From: a virus
Taxonomy: Duplodnaviria > Caudoviricetes
IMG/VR virus record: IMGVR_UViG_3300017903_001713
Span: 1-26,004 of that record
DNA: 26,004 nt
Reading direction: 5' to 3' (one strand)
The stretch's first letter is position 1, and every line of letters begins with the position of its first letter. The translations under genes and the position numbers were made by a program. The notes beneath the pieces are model-generated. The model was given only the letters and a program-made list of their open reading frames with translations, was not told the origin of the DNA and made no database searches. Below are positions 1 through 8,756 of the stretch, in pieces.

Positions 1-2
1 TA

Positions 3-467
3 ATGGAATATGAAATTCTTGATAATGCATACTGGGAGGATGGTATCGATGATCGATCTGTTCTCAAGTGTATTCGTATGCACAAACAACCAGATGGTGG
101 GAAAAGGAAAGAGGTTGTGGTATTCTCTCGACTACTTCCAGATCGTTCTTTATGTCCCAACTTTAAAGAAGTGGTTGCAGTGGTTGGAAATGAAAAACTC
201 GATGCAAACACTGCGGAACGTCGTCAAAGAAAGGCGATGGAACAGAAGACAGGCCAAGTCAAACAAGAACAACAAAAGAAAGCGGCACAACTCGAAAGAC
301 TTTTTCATATGAAACTTCAGGCGTTTGAGATACCGGAGATACGTGACAGTAAGAATAGAAAGTTACGTACCGCATTAAGACGTTCTGAAAATGAAGTAGA
401 AATGAATGCATATGCATCTTTGATTATTGGTATAGAAAAAGGAATATTGAATGAGCGAACCGACTAA
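3..467 (+). CDS. Hypothetical phage protein with a charged, helical/coiled-coil central region
   Basis: 154-aa ORF. The window opens with TAATG, a possible stop/start overlap with an upstream gene. Its 3' end overlaps the next gene (451-467). No family recognised. Confidence 0.75.
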   Translation: MEYEILDNAYWEDGIDDRSVLKCIRMHKQPDGGKRKEVVVFSRLLPDRSLCPNFKEVVAVVGNEKLDANTAERRQRKAMEQKTGQVKQEQQKKAAQLERLFHMKLQAFEIPEIRDSKNRKLRTALRRSENEVEMNAYASLIIGIEKGILNERTD

Positions 468-1218
468 AGGGTTTTTGATCGTCGCATCTCGTACAAAGTT
501 TTTTTATTATTCTGCATGTAACCTAATCGAATCCATCAAGGATTTTATGCCGGAGGCCAAGTGTTGTCTGGTTACGGAAGAGAGGTTATTGGATGACAGA
601 GGAAGAGAAATTGCTGACGATCTTATTTTTTGTGATGATCATAAGCGCGCAAAGATATGGGGAATGGCTCGTTCACCTTATGACTTGACGTTTTACATTG
701 ACGCAGACTGTGAGGTTGAACATGAAGATATCTCGATTATCTTTGATCAGTTCAACGGTCACGATGTGTTGTTTACGGGTCTTCCGGTAGAACGCCATTA
801 TTGTTATGCAGAAGTTTACTTTGAGGGTGCACGTCGTCCAGATGGAGAACCCGCAGGGTTTGAGTTGTGTGGGGGTGTTTGTCTCTATGATATGCGTAAT
901 CCTCTGGTTCGGGAGTTTATGCATGATTGGTTTGATCTGACGGTTGAACAATATGCGGGTCGGTGGTGGCCCAAGAAAGAAGACGGAACGGAAGATCTGG
1001 AGAACTATCCCGCATCATTCAAACGATGGGATCAATTCTCTCTTTGGTGGTTGACCAAGAAAGAACCCAAGTTCTTTGATCTGAAGGTGGGAGTGTTAGA
1101 GGACGATGCACGTTGGAACTTCTACTCGAAGTACAAACCACATCTGAATCATAACAAAGATCCTATTGTGATTCGACACTATTCGTCTGCATCGGCAAAA
1201 CAGGAAGTCTATACATGA
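451..1218 (+). CDS. Putative GT-A fold glycosyltransferase (nucleotide-diphospho-sugar transferase, GT8-like)
   Basis: N-terminal beta strand GFLIVAS; 'K..GMARSPYDLTFYIDADCEV' with a DxD motif (nt 700-708); 'WDQFSLW', 'RWN' and C-terminal 'IVIRHYS', all typical of GT8-like enzymes. AAGGA upstream of the start. Confidence 0.75.
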   Translation: MSEPTKGFLIVASRTKFFYYSACNLIESIKDFMPEAKCCLVTEERLLDDRGREIADDLIFCDDHKRAKIWGMARSPYDLTFYIDADCEVEHEDISIIFDQFNGHDVLFTGLPVERHYCYAEVYFEGARRPDGEPAGFELCGGVCLYDMRNPLVREFMHDWFDLTVEQYAGRWWPKKEDGTEDLENYPASFKRWDQFSLWWLTKKEPKFFDLKVGVLEDDARWNFYSKYKPHLNHNKDPIVIRHYSSASAKQEVYT

Positions 1219-1898
1219 TGAAAGACATACCTCTCAATGAAGAGGCAATAGAAATCCTGAACGAGGCATTGTGGTTTCTCAAGGATGAGAGGTACAAGGC
1301 CGTTCCTTTACAATGTGCAAAGTTTGCGACCGTGGCCGATGCGGAACGATACACGAGTCTGGACTTCTTTCAGGAAATTCGACAGAAGGCAGGAGACCAC
1401 AATGGGTTTCCGGATGCATTGGTCGGTCACTCCTTTGGTTCAAGCAATCTTATGTTTGATCCAAAGGGAAGTGAGATCGTTGCAGAAGAAGTCGGTACGA
1501 AACTGACAGATTTTTATCAGAAACTCATGGCCACGTTCAACCTGAGAAAAAACGCATTGTTCTCAGTGTATCCCCCTGAAGTGGGTTACATCTCGTGGCA
1601 CAACAACGCAAATGCGTCAGCGTATAACTTTATCTTCACGTACAGTGAAACTGGAGAAGGGTGGTGGAAACACTATGACCCAATCAAGGATGAGATTGTA
1701 ACCATTCCAGACGTGAAGGGATGGCAGTGTAAGGCAGGATACTTTGGTGCGTATGAAGACGGATACGATAAGATCGTCTATCATGCCGCACGGAATCACG
1801 GAAAGGGCCTGAGAATGACAGTTGCATTCGTTCTCGACCGTAGTGATTTATCACAAGGTTTACAAGATTGGGTTATTGAAGACATTCGCGCTGACTAA
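1215..1898 (+). CDS. Putative 2OG-Fe(II) oxygenase / cupin-fold protein
   Basis: 'YPPEVGYISWHNN', distal 'YHAARN' and 'LRMTVAF' match the H...H...R layout of double-stranded beta-helix dioxygenases. ATGA overlap with the glycosyltransferase stop. Confidence 0.6.
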   Translation: MMKDIPLNEEAIEILNEALWFLKDERYKAVPLQCAKFATVADAERYTSLDFFQEIRQKAGDHNGFPDALVGHSFGSSNLMFDPKGSEIVAEEVGTKLTDFYQKLMATFNLRKNALFSVYPPEVGYISWHNNANASAYNFIFTYSETGEGWWKHYDPIKDEIVTIPDVKGWQCKAGYFGAYEDGYDKIVYHAARNHGKGLRMTVAFVLDRSDLSQGLQDWVIEDIRAD

Positions 1899-1901
1899 AC
1901 A

Positions 1902-1909
1902 TATAAATA
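1902..1909 (+). promoter_or_regulatory. T4-type late promoter (TATAAATA)
   Basis: Exact gp55 consensus in the intergenic gap before the structural gene at 1940. Confidence 0.8.
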
Positions 1910-1939
1910 AAACCATAATACTTTTATGGAATATGTTCT

Positions 1940-2290
1940 ATGGCATACTACGAAGAACTCACGATCGATCAGGGTACCGATGTCGCCATTGATATTTACC
2001 TCGTTAACAAAGATGGTACTAAGAAAGACCTAACAGGATACACGGCTGGTGCACGAATGGCAACCAGTTATGACGCAGATAGTGACGACAAGATTCGTTT
2101 CTCTGCGGGTATCGCTTCACCCGCAACAGACGGGATCGTCAATCTTTCTCTGACCAATGAACAGACTACAGATCTGAACCCCAAGAAACGTTATGTTTAC
2201 GATGTAGAAATATCTCTCGACAGTGACGGTGACACGACGATTGAACGAGTTCTACAAGGACTCATCACAGTTACCCCATCTGTTACATAA
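1940..2290 (+). CDS. Small virion structural protein (BppU N-terminal-like beta-sandwich)
   Basis: Pattern 'LTIDQGTD...DLTGYTA...GIVNLSLTNEQT..L...RYVYDVEI...RVLQGLITVTPSVT' is typical of a small structural protein common in marine T4-like phages. Follows a late promoter. Confidence 0.7.
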   Translation: MAYYEELTIDQGTDVAIDIYLVNKDGTKKDLTGYTAGARMATSYDADSDDKIRFSAGIASPATDGIVNLSLTNEQTTDLNPKKRYVYDVEISLDSDGDTTIERVLQGLITVTPSVT

Positions 2291-2300
2291 GGGGTAATTT

Positions 2301-3158
2301 GTGGCAAACATTCGCGTCGATAAAGTTTTAGTAGGAACACCCAATTACAAAGCTGTACTTGGTGATGCTACGCGAGTACTGAAAATTGAAGTCGGTGTTC
2401 CTACACGAAACGTTCTAATATCAAACCAAGTCAACCTCAACGATGTTGTTGGTATTACCACATCCAACATCCAAGAGGGTGATATTCTTATTGCCGATGA
2501 AAACGGCATACTTGTCAATAGAGCAAACGCAACAGACAGAATCGACGGTAAGGTATTCAACCGTGACTCTGATCGTGGTTTAATATTAATTCGACGTTCG
2601 GGTGACTCTGGAATCCCAGAAGGCCTGTACAGTGGTGAACTTGCGTATTCATATCTCGCAGATCCATCATACGGTACAGGCGGTAACGGTGGTAATCGAT
2701 TATACTTTGGTGTGGGTTCGGATGGAACTCAACTCGCAACTCGTATCGATGTCATCGGTGGTAAATACTTCACAGACCTTCTTGATCATACACACGGTAT
2801 TCTCACAAAGAACTCTGGTGTCATTGTTGACTCAGACAAGAAGATCAATGAGTGGTTGGTTGGTGGTGACCTTACGGTCGATGATAAAATCACTACGGTT
2901 AATTTAGAGGCCGACTCTGCGTCGATCACAACTCTATCTGTAACTAATATTAATGCAGGTGATCTCGCAACTAATCTGGAAGATTTGTTGGTTGCAGGTG
3001 AAGGTATTGACATTGTAAGAGAAGGTAATCAGTTAACAATTAAAGCAGAGTTTGCGACAGACACAAACGCGGGTATTGCAAGTTTCGATTCCGCAGCTTT
3101 CGAGTTGGGAGATTCGGGTCAGGTTGTTGCAGTAATTTTCGACGGTGGATCATTCTAA
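2301..3158 (+). CDS. Tail fibre-associated structural protein
   Basis: GTG start after AAGGGGT. 'ILIRRSG...L.SGELAYS...RLYFG...IGGKYFTDLLDHTHG' is a common fibre N-terminal module, and the protein ends in 'DGGSF'. Confidence 0.65.
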   Translation: MANIRVDKVLVGTPNYKAVLGDATRVLKIEVGVPTRNVLISNQVNLNDVVGITTSNIQEGDILIADENGILVNRANATDRIDGKVFNRDSDRGLILIRRSGDSGIPEGLYSGELAYSYLADPSYGTGGNGGNRLYFGVGSDGTQLATRIDVIGGKYFTDLLDHTHGILTKNSGVIVDSDKKINEWLVGGDLTVDDKITTVNLEADSASITTLSVTNINAGDLATNLEDLLVAGEGIDIVREGNQLTIKAEFATDTNAGIASFDSAAFELGDSGQVVAVIFDGGSF

Positions 3159-3164
3159 TAAATA
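3157..3164 (+). promoter_or_regulatory. T4-type late promoter variant (AATAAATA)
   Basis: 7/8 match overlapping the upstream stop codon, ending 6 nt before the ATG at 3171. Confidence 0.6.
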
Positions 3165-3170
3165 AAGACT

Positions 3171-5501
3171 ATGGCAATTACTAAACTTATACAGAAAAGA
3201 ACCGATGTCCCAGGCCGCAGGCCGGGGATTAGTGACCTATCGCTCGGCGAAATCGCCATCAATACACATGATGGTAAGATGTTCATCAAGAGAGATCAAG
3301 ATGGATCGATCGATGTCATACAGGTCGGTGATGATGCGGTAGAAAATGTCTATTATGTTTCGAAGGGTGCGATAAAAGGAAATTTAGGTACATCACTTCA
3401 GGACGCATTTCAAACCCTTGATTCTGCAATATCGACAGTACAGTCACAGAACGCATTTACCTTTGATCGTGTGAAATGTAAGAGAGACTTTGGTCTTATC
3501 TTTGACGGTCTCTATCACGATATTGCTTTCGGAACAAACTACAATGCGGTAACTTCTGGTCTGTCTTATCAACGTGCAAGTGCAAATGTAGTAAGGGATC
3601 AACAGATTGTCGCGACACGTTCTGGTTTCAATGAGGCAAAAGGTGCGGTTGCATCGGTACCAGAAGTCAAGGAAAGTACGGGTGTTGATGGTGCACTACA
3701 ACGAAACAATCGACATTGGTCAGAAGTTGTAGACATTCTAGTCAACGGTGCAGTATCGACAGAAACGGCCGCAGACACACTTGTATTCCCCGCACCCTCA
3801 GTATTACCTTCAGCGGATGCAGATGATGCGGCAGTTATTCTACAGAACAACCGTGCATATCTAAAAAACGAAGCAATCGCATACATCACTGCAAACTATC
3901 CGTCCTTGACATATGACGAAACGAAGTGTCGACGTGACGTAGGTTTCATTGTAGACGCATTAACATTCGACATACTCTACGGTGGCACACACGGTGTGCA
4001 GATCATTGCACAGTCTTACTTTGTGGATGGTGTGTCTCAGTTACCCGCAGGGCAACAGGCACAGTCAGTTGCGACATACACACACCTTGGTGTCATCATT
4101 GACGAATTGGTACGTAATGCACTGACATCTAATCTAACATCGACCGGATTAAATTCTGGTGGTAATAGTGGTCAGTATGCCACATCGACTGAGGGTAATC
4201 AACTCAAGGATACTTTGGTTCCTATCTTTGTCGACGTGATTGATGATAACAATCTAAACAATCTTCCCGCAAAGGTAGAACCCAACTACACATCACGAGG
4301 TGTGAGTTCAGAATTACGTGATGCGATCACTGCCATTAAAGACCTCGAAGATCTTATCATCACACAGTCGGTAGAACGAGCTGCGACAACAGGAGACACG
4401 GTAATCTATCTGAAGTCAGGTGATTACACAATTAACAATCCGTTGAAGTTGCCACCCAAGACTGCAATCGTGGGAGACAACCTACGAACTGTGACCATTC
4501 GGCCGCAGAGTGTTGACTCAGATCTATTCTACATGGACAACGGCACGTTCATCAAAGATGTGACCTTCCGTGACCATCAAAGTCTTGCTGCATGTGTGGC
4601 CTTTGATCCAAGTGTGGACTCGCCTGGCGCAGGGCCGTTCATTATTCAGTCACCGTATGTTCAGAACTGTACGTCAATTACCACAGATGGTGTGGGTATG
4701 CGTATCGATGGTTCAAAGGCATCTGGTCTACGGTCGATGGTATCAGACGCCTTCACACAGTATAACGCAGCCGGTTTCGGAGTGCAACTATTAAATCGTG
4801 GTTATGCACAGTTGGTATCAATCTTTACAATCTCGACTGCAACATCTATCGAAGCGAAGTCAGGTGGTCAGTGTTCAATTGCAAACAGTAACGCATCGTT
4901 TGGTGACTTTGGTCTGGTAGCTGAAGGATCAAGTCCACCTCTGTATCGTGGACTCCTTGAATCAGATCAGAGTGTGTTTGCGGACGTAGTTCGTTTCACT
5001 GACATACGAAACCTTGACTCGTACAGTTACCTTGATGACTTGAATGCATTCAAGAAACCAAACTATAACGATGCAATTAAGTTTGATAGTGAAGACTTCT
5101 ACTATACGATTACAGATGTTGACTCTGTCAGCCCAGGCGTCTATGATCTGACATTCCAACCACCCATGAACGTTGCAAAACAAGGTGGTCAAAGAGTAAA
5201 CTTTCATCAACGGTCACAGATCACAACCTCATCTCACACGTTTGAATATGTGGGGTCAGGTACAAACACATTTACTGCGATTCCACAGAACGGTGGTATT
5301 CCTAGTCGTGCACGAGAAGTTGTGTTTGACTCTGCGAACCAAGAAGGTCTTGTAGTATTTACAAGTACGGATCAGTTGGGTGACTTCCGAATTGGTGCAG
5401 ACTTGACAATCAATAGGGCAGAAGGCCGGATCGAAGGTGAGACCTTTGAACGATCTCTGTTCGAAATTCTAACACCATACATCTTGGCACTTGAGGGTTA
5501 A
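3171..5501 (+). CDS. Large virion structural/fibre protein with a probable beta-helix domain and two helical KCxRD repeats
   Basis: Fibre-type N-terminus (GEIAINTHDGKMFIK). 'VYYVSK' and 'IYLKSGDYTINNPLKLPPKTAIVGDNLRTVTIRP' resemble a pectin-lyase-like start. Two 'KCxRDxGxIxDxLxxDIxxG' repeats. C-terminal 'FTSTDQLGDFRIG' as in cyanophage-type structural proteins. Confidence 0.7.
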   Translation: MAITKLIQKRTDVPGRRPGISDLSLGEIAINTHDGKMFIKRDQDGSIDVIQVGDDAVENVYYVSKGAIKGNLGTSLQDAFQTLDSAISTVQSQNAFTFDRVKCKRDFGLIFDGLYHDIAFGTNYNAVTSGLSYQRASANVVRDQQIVATRSGFNEAKGAVASVPEVKESTGVDGALQRNNRHWSEVVDILVNGAVSTETAADTLVFPAPSVLPSADADDAAVILQNNRAYLKNEAIAYITANYPSLTYDETKCRRDVGFIVDALTFDILYGGTHGVQIIAQSYFVDGVSQLPAGQQAQSVATYTHLGVIIDELVRNALTSNLTSTGLNSGGNSGQYATSTEGNQLKDTLVPIFVDVIDDNNLNNLPAKVEPNYTSRGVSSELRDAITAIKDLEDLIITQSVERAATTGDTVIYLKSGDYTINNPLKLPPKTAIVGDNLRTVTIRPQSVDSDLFYMDNGTFIKDVTFRDHQSLAACVAFDPSVDSPGAGPFIIQSPYVQNCTSITTDGVGMRIDGSKASGLRSMVSDAFTQYNAAGFGVQLLNRGYAQLVSIFTISTATSIEAKSGGQCSIANSNASFGDFGLVAEGSSPPLYRGLLESDQSVFADVVRFTDIRNLDSYSYLDDLNAFKKPNYNDAIKFDSEDFYYTITDVDSVSPGVYDLTFQPPMNVAKQGGQRVNFHQRSQITTSSHTFEYVGSGTNTFTAIPQNGGIPSRAREVVFDSANQEGLVVFTSTDQLGDFRIGADLTINRAEGRIEGETFERSLFEILTPYILALEG

Positions 5502-5504
5502 TCA

Positions 5505-5876
5505 ATGGCAATCCCATTAAATGAATTTAAAACGAGAACTGCGAAGTTGGTCTCTAAACCTGATGGTGGGTTTATCGGTGATAGTGATGTCATCTATACA
5601 ACTCCCAACGGGATTACTTGTGTTGTGTTGATGGCACAGGCCGCCAACACGTCTACGGATACAGTACACCAAGTCACTTTCCAACACTACGACACAACTA
5701 CAGATGTTGCGACCAACGTGGTTAAGAACTTTGATGTACAACCCAACGATGCAGCGGGTCTTGTTACAGGTAAACTCATTGTAGAACAAAACAATCAAAT
5801 GCGAGCATTCACAGAAGATTCGTCAGGAGAAGACATAAACTTCATCTTCTCATTCTTGCAGGCATTGAACGGTTAA
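5505..5876 (+). CDS. Small virion-associated beta-sandwich protein, hypothetical
   Basis: 123-aa ORF tightly packed between structural genes. 'VIYTTPNGITCVVLMAQAAN...GKLIVE' resembles small marine phage structural proteins. Confidence 0.65.
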   Translation: MAIPLNEFKTRTAKLVSKPDGGFIGDSDVIYTTPNGITCVVLMAQAANTSTDTVHQVTFQHYDTTTDVATNVVKNFDVQPNDAAGLVTGKLIVEQNNQMRAFTEDSSGEDINFIFSFLQALNG

Positions 5877-5880
5877 TTAG

Positions 5881-7977
5881 ATGGCTACTAAAGGACTATC
5901 ACAACTTAGTGGAAAGGTAAGAGTAAGAGGGTTTAGTCGCCTCGACTCAGACCGTTATACTTTCCTTGGTCTGGATCAGGCAGAACCCAATGTAGGTTTG
6001 CCTGCGGACAGTGGTGGTCTTTTCCAATCTGCACTGGACGGTACACGTAGTCTCACAAAGAGCATCTCGATCAATGAGATCATCTATGAAGCAGATACAT
6101 TAGATTCGGTCACGGGTGGTAACGAACGATTTATTATCGGTATCGCAGATCCTACTGCCCGAAACCCTTTGGGAATTATTAGTCTTACTGAACTTTTGGG
6201 TGACAGTGGATTAGGTGCGGACACTCTACAGAAGGTAACAGAGGCCGGAGACTCAACTAGTCTCGCAATCACAATCGGTGGATTGTCTCTTACTGTTGCG
6301 GACTCTGATTCCAACACGAATCAGATCCTTGTATTGAATCTATTGACAGATTCAGTGGGTAAACGATCGTTCGGTGATTTGGCCGACGAAGCTGATTTAA
6401 TTCGTCAGGGTGACAGAGTTGATGCGGGTGGACTGACTCTCACGACAGATAGTTCAAATGACGACACGGTTCTTACGATTGATCTTGTCACCGACTCAGT
6501 AGGCAAACGGTCATTCCAGTCTCTTGCAGATGATGCGGGACTAGTATCTCAGGGTGATCAGATTAGTGCGGGTGGTCTTTCTCTCACAGTTGCAGATTCG
6601 AATCCCGACACGAATCAGGTACTTGTACTTGATCTTCTGACCGACTCAGTCGGTATTCGTTCGTTTGATGATCTTTCTGGAGAAGCGGGTCTTATTGCAC
6701 AAGGTGACGACATTGGTGCTGGGGGACTCACAATCTCTCAGGCCGATTCTGATTCGGACACCAACCAAGTTCTTGTTATTGATCTCGATACCGATTCGGT
6801 AGGTAAGAGATCATTTAATTCACTCGCAACCGAAGCAGGATTGATCGCTCAGGGAGACGATATCAATGCGGGTGGTTTGACAATCAGTCAAGCGGATTCA
6901 GACTCAGACACCAACCAAGTTCTAGTAATCAACCTAGACACGGATAGTGTTGGTAAGAGATCATTTGGTGATCTAGCGGATGAGGCAGATTTAATACGTC
7001 AAGGTGATCGAGTTGATGCAGGCGGTTTAACTCTTACCGCAGATAGTTCCAACGATCAAACCGTTCTGACTATCGACCTTTCTACTGACTCCGTTGGTAA
7101 AAGATCTTTCGATGATCTTGCAGGTGATGCGGGATTGATTGCACAGGGTGATGACATTGGTGCAGGTGGCCTTACTATCTCACAGGCAGACAGTGACTCT
7201 GATACTAATCAAGTTCTTGTCATCAACCTTGATACCGACTCCGTTGGTAAACGATCATTCAATTCCCTTGCGACTGAAGCTGGACTAATTTCACAAGGTG
7301 ACGACATCAATGCCGGAGGTTTGACAATATCCGAAGCTGATAGTGATCCGGATACAAATCAAATTCTGGTTCTTAATCTGGACACGGACAGTGTCGGTAT
7401 TAGAACCTTTGCATCACTTGCAGAAGAAGCTAATATTGGTGCAGACACATTACAATCTGTTACGGAACTTGGTGACTCTACTAGTCTCCCAATAACAATT
7501 GCTGGGTTGTCGATAACCAATCTCGACTCAGGTGAGGCCGGTGATCAACTTCTTGTTCTCGATCTTGCGACAGACTCAGTCGGTATCCGTGATTTTGCAG
7601 ATCTAGTAGAAGAAGCGGGTCTAGGTCAGGACACATTACAAACGGTAACAGATCGTGGTGATTCGACCGACAATGCGATTACTCTGAAGTCTGGTCTACT
7701 CACACCAAACCTACCAGTTAACAATGATACGACGAATGTTCTGGTTCTGACTTCAGACGACAGTGTTGCACAAAGAACCTTTGCATCTCTTGCTGCAACA
7801 GAGGCCGACACATTACAAGATGTGATGACTCGTGGAGATTCTACAACAATCGACATGACCATTCGTGATGCATCTTTGTCTGCGGACTCTGTGAAAGCCA
7901 ATGTCGGTTTCTTTGACACTAATAATAATCAATTGATCATCTACGATTCTGCCGGTGCAGTATTGTGGGGGTCATAA
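5881..7977 (+). CDS. Acidic tandem-repeat fibre-like protein (48-50 aa repeats, DS-rich)
   Basis: 698-aa ORF with nine TDSVG(K/I)R-containing repeats plus one degenerate copy, and four 'DTLQxVxxxGDST' motifs. Confidence 0.8.
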   Translation: MATKGLSQLSGKVRVRGFSRLDSDRYTFLGLDQAEPNVGLPADSGGLFQSALDGTRSLTKSISINEIIYEADTLDSVTGGNERFIIGIADPTARNPLGIISLTELLGDSGLGADTLQKVTEAGDSTSLAITIGGLSLTVADSDSNTNQILVLNLLTDSVGKRSFGDLADEADLIRQGDRVDAGGLTLTTDSSNDDTVLTIDLVTDSVGKRSFQSLADDAGLVSQGDQISAGGLSLTVADSNPDTNQVLVLDLLTDSVGIRSFDDLSGEAGLIAQGDDIGAGGLTISQADSDSDTNQVLVIDLDTDSVGKRSFNSLATEAGLIAQGDDINAGGLTISQADSDSDTNQVLVINLDTDSVGKRSFGDLADEADLIRQGDRVDAGGLTLTADSSNDQTVLTIDLSTDSVGKRSFDDLAGDAGLIAQGDDIGAGGLTISQADSDSDTNQVLVINLDTDSVGKRSFNSLATEAGLISQGDDINAGGLTISEADSDPDTNQILVLNLDTDSVGIRTFASLAEEANIGADTLQSVTELGDSTSLPITIAGLSITNLDSGEAGDQLLVLDLATDSVGIRDFADLVEEAGLGQDTLQTVTDRGDSTDNAITLKSGLLTPNLPVNNDTTNVLVLTSDDSVAQRTFASLAATEADTLQDVMTRGDSTTIDMTIRDASLSADSVKANVGFFDTNNNQLIIYDSAGAVLWGS
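6277..7620 (+). repeat. Coding tandem repeat of 144/150-bp units (GGLTISQADSDSDTNQVLVIxLDTDSVGKRSFxxLAxEAGLIxQGDDIxA)
   Basis: TDSVG codons begin at about 6346, 6490, 6640, 6790, 6940, 7084, 7234, 7384 and 7570 (spacings 144, 150, 150, 150, 144, 150, 150, 186). Confidence 0.9.
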
Positions 7978-7980
7978 ATA
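7973..7980 (+). promoter_or_regulatory. T4-type late promoter variant (CATAAATA)
   Basis: 7/8 match over the upstream stop codon, followed by GGAG (7993-7996) and the gp13 start. Confidence 0.65.
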
Positions 7981-8003
7981 GTAGAAACTATTGGAGAATA
8001 TAA

Positions 8004-8753
8004 ATGGCATCGCCAACCTCTAGACAAACATTGATCGACTACTGTCTACGCCGTTTGGGTAGTCCCGTTATTGAAATTAACGTGGATACCGATCAGGTGG
8101 AAGATCGTGTGGATGATGCTGTTGCTCTGTTTCGGGAATACCATGACGATGCGACAGTCAGAATCTTTTTAAAACATCAAGTCACACAGACTGACATCGA
8201 TAATGGTTACATTCCTATCAGTGCAGACATACCGTTCATTCGTCGAGTCATGCCTCTGAACCCCACGTATTCTAACGTAAATATGTTTGACATTCGATAC
8301 CAAATGATGTTAAACTCTCTGGGAGACTTCATGCAGTTCGCGGGTGGTATGTCATACTACTACCAGTTGGAACAGTATCTTGACTATCTCGACAATCTTC
8401 TTACTGGCCAACCTATTACGACATTCTCACGTAATCAGAATCGTCTTTATCTACACGGTAATTTCGAAGATAAGGATGTCCTCGTGGATCAGTACATCAT
8501 CGCAGAGTGTTTCCAACTGGTGGATGACGCTACGTATAATATCTGGGATGATATCTTCTTGCGTGATTATACCACACAATGCATCAAACAGCAATGGGGT
8601 GCAAACCTTATCAAGTTTGAGGGGATGCAGTTGCCAGGCGGTGTGACCATGAACGGTCGACAGATCTATGATGATGCAACCGCAGAGATGCAGAGACTCG
8701 AAGAGAAGTTACGGCTAGAACACGAAATGCCAGTTGACTTCTTCATGGGATAA
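8004..8753 (+). CDS. gp13: Neck protein (T4 gp13-like)
   Basis: 'LIDYCLRRLGSPVIEINV...QVEDRVDDA', 'KQQWGANLIKFEGMQLPGGVTMNGRQIYDDA' and terminal 'PVDFFMG'. Synteny with gp14 and gp15. Confidence 0.93.
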   Translation: MASPTSRQTLIDYCLRRLGSPVIEINVDTDQVEDRVDDAVALFREYHDDATVRIFLKHQVTQTDIDNGYIPISADIPFIRRVMPLNPTYSNVNMFDIRYQMMLNSLGDFMQFAGGMSYYYQLEQYLDYLDNLLTGQPITTFSRNQNRLYLHGNFEDKDVLVDQYIIAECFQLVDDATYNIWDDIFLRDYTTQCIKQQWGANLIKFEGMQLPGGVTMNGRQIYDDATAEMQRLEEKLRLEHEMPVDFFMG

Positions 8754-8756
8754 TAA

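Noticed and set aside
6277-7620. 144-150 bp periodicity as a CRISPR array or diversity-generating retroelement repeat
   Set aside because: The repeats are conserved in protein, not DNA. There is no repeat-spacer structure, no adenine-specific variation and no reverse transcriptase in the window.
7654-7842. Two RGDS integrin-binding motifs in the repeat protein
   Set aside because: They are variants of the xGDST repeat motif (AGDST and LGDST elsewhere), so they are probably incidental.
5881-7977. DS enrichment as DNA-level selection for GANTC (CcrM/HinfI motif), since GAY-TCN contains GANTC
   Set aside because: Many DS are encoded GAY-AGT (gacagt, gatagt), and Glu-Ser, which would also create GANTC, is not similarly enriched.
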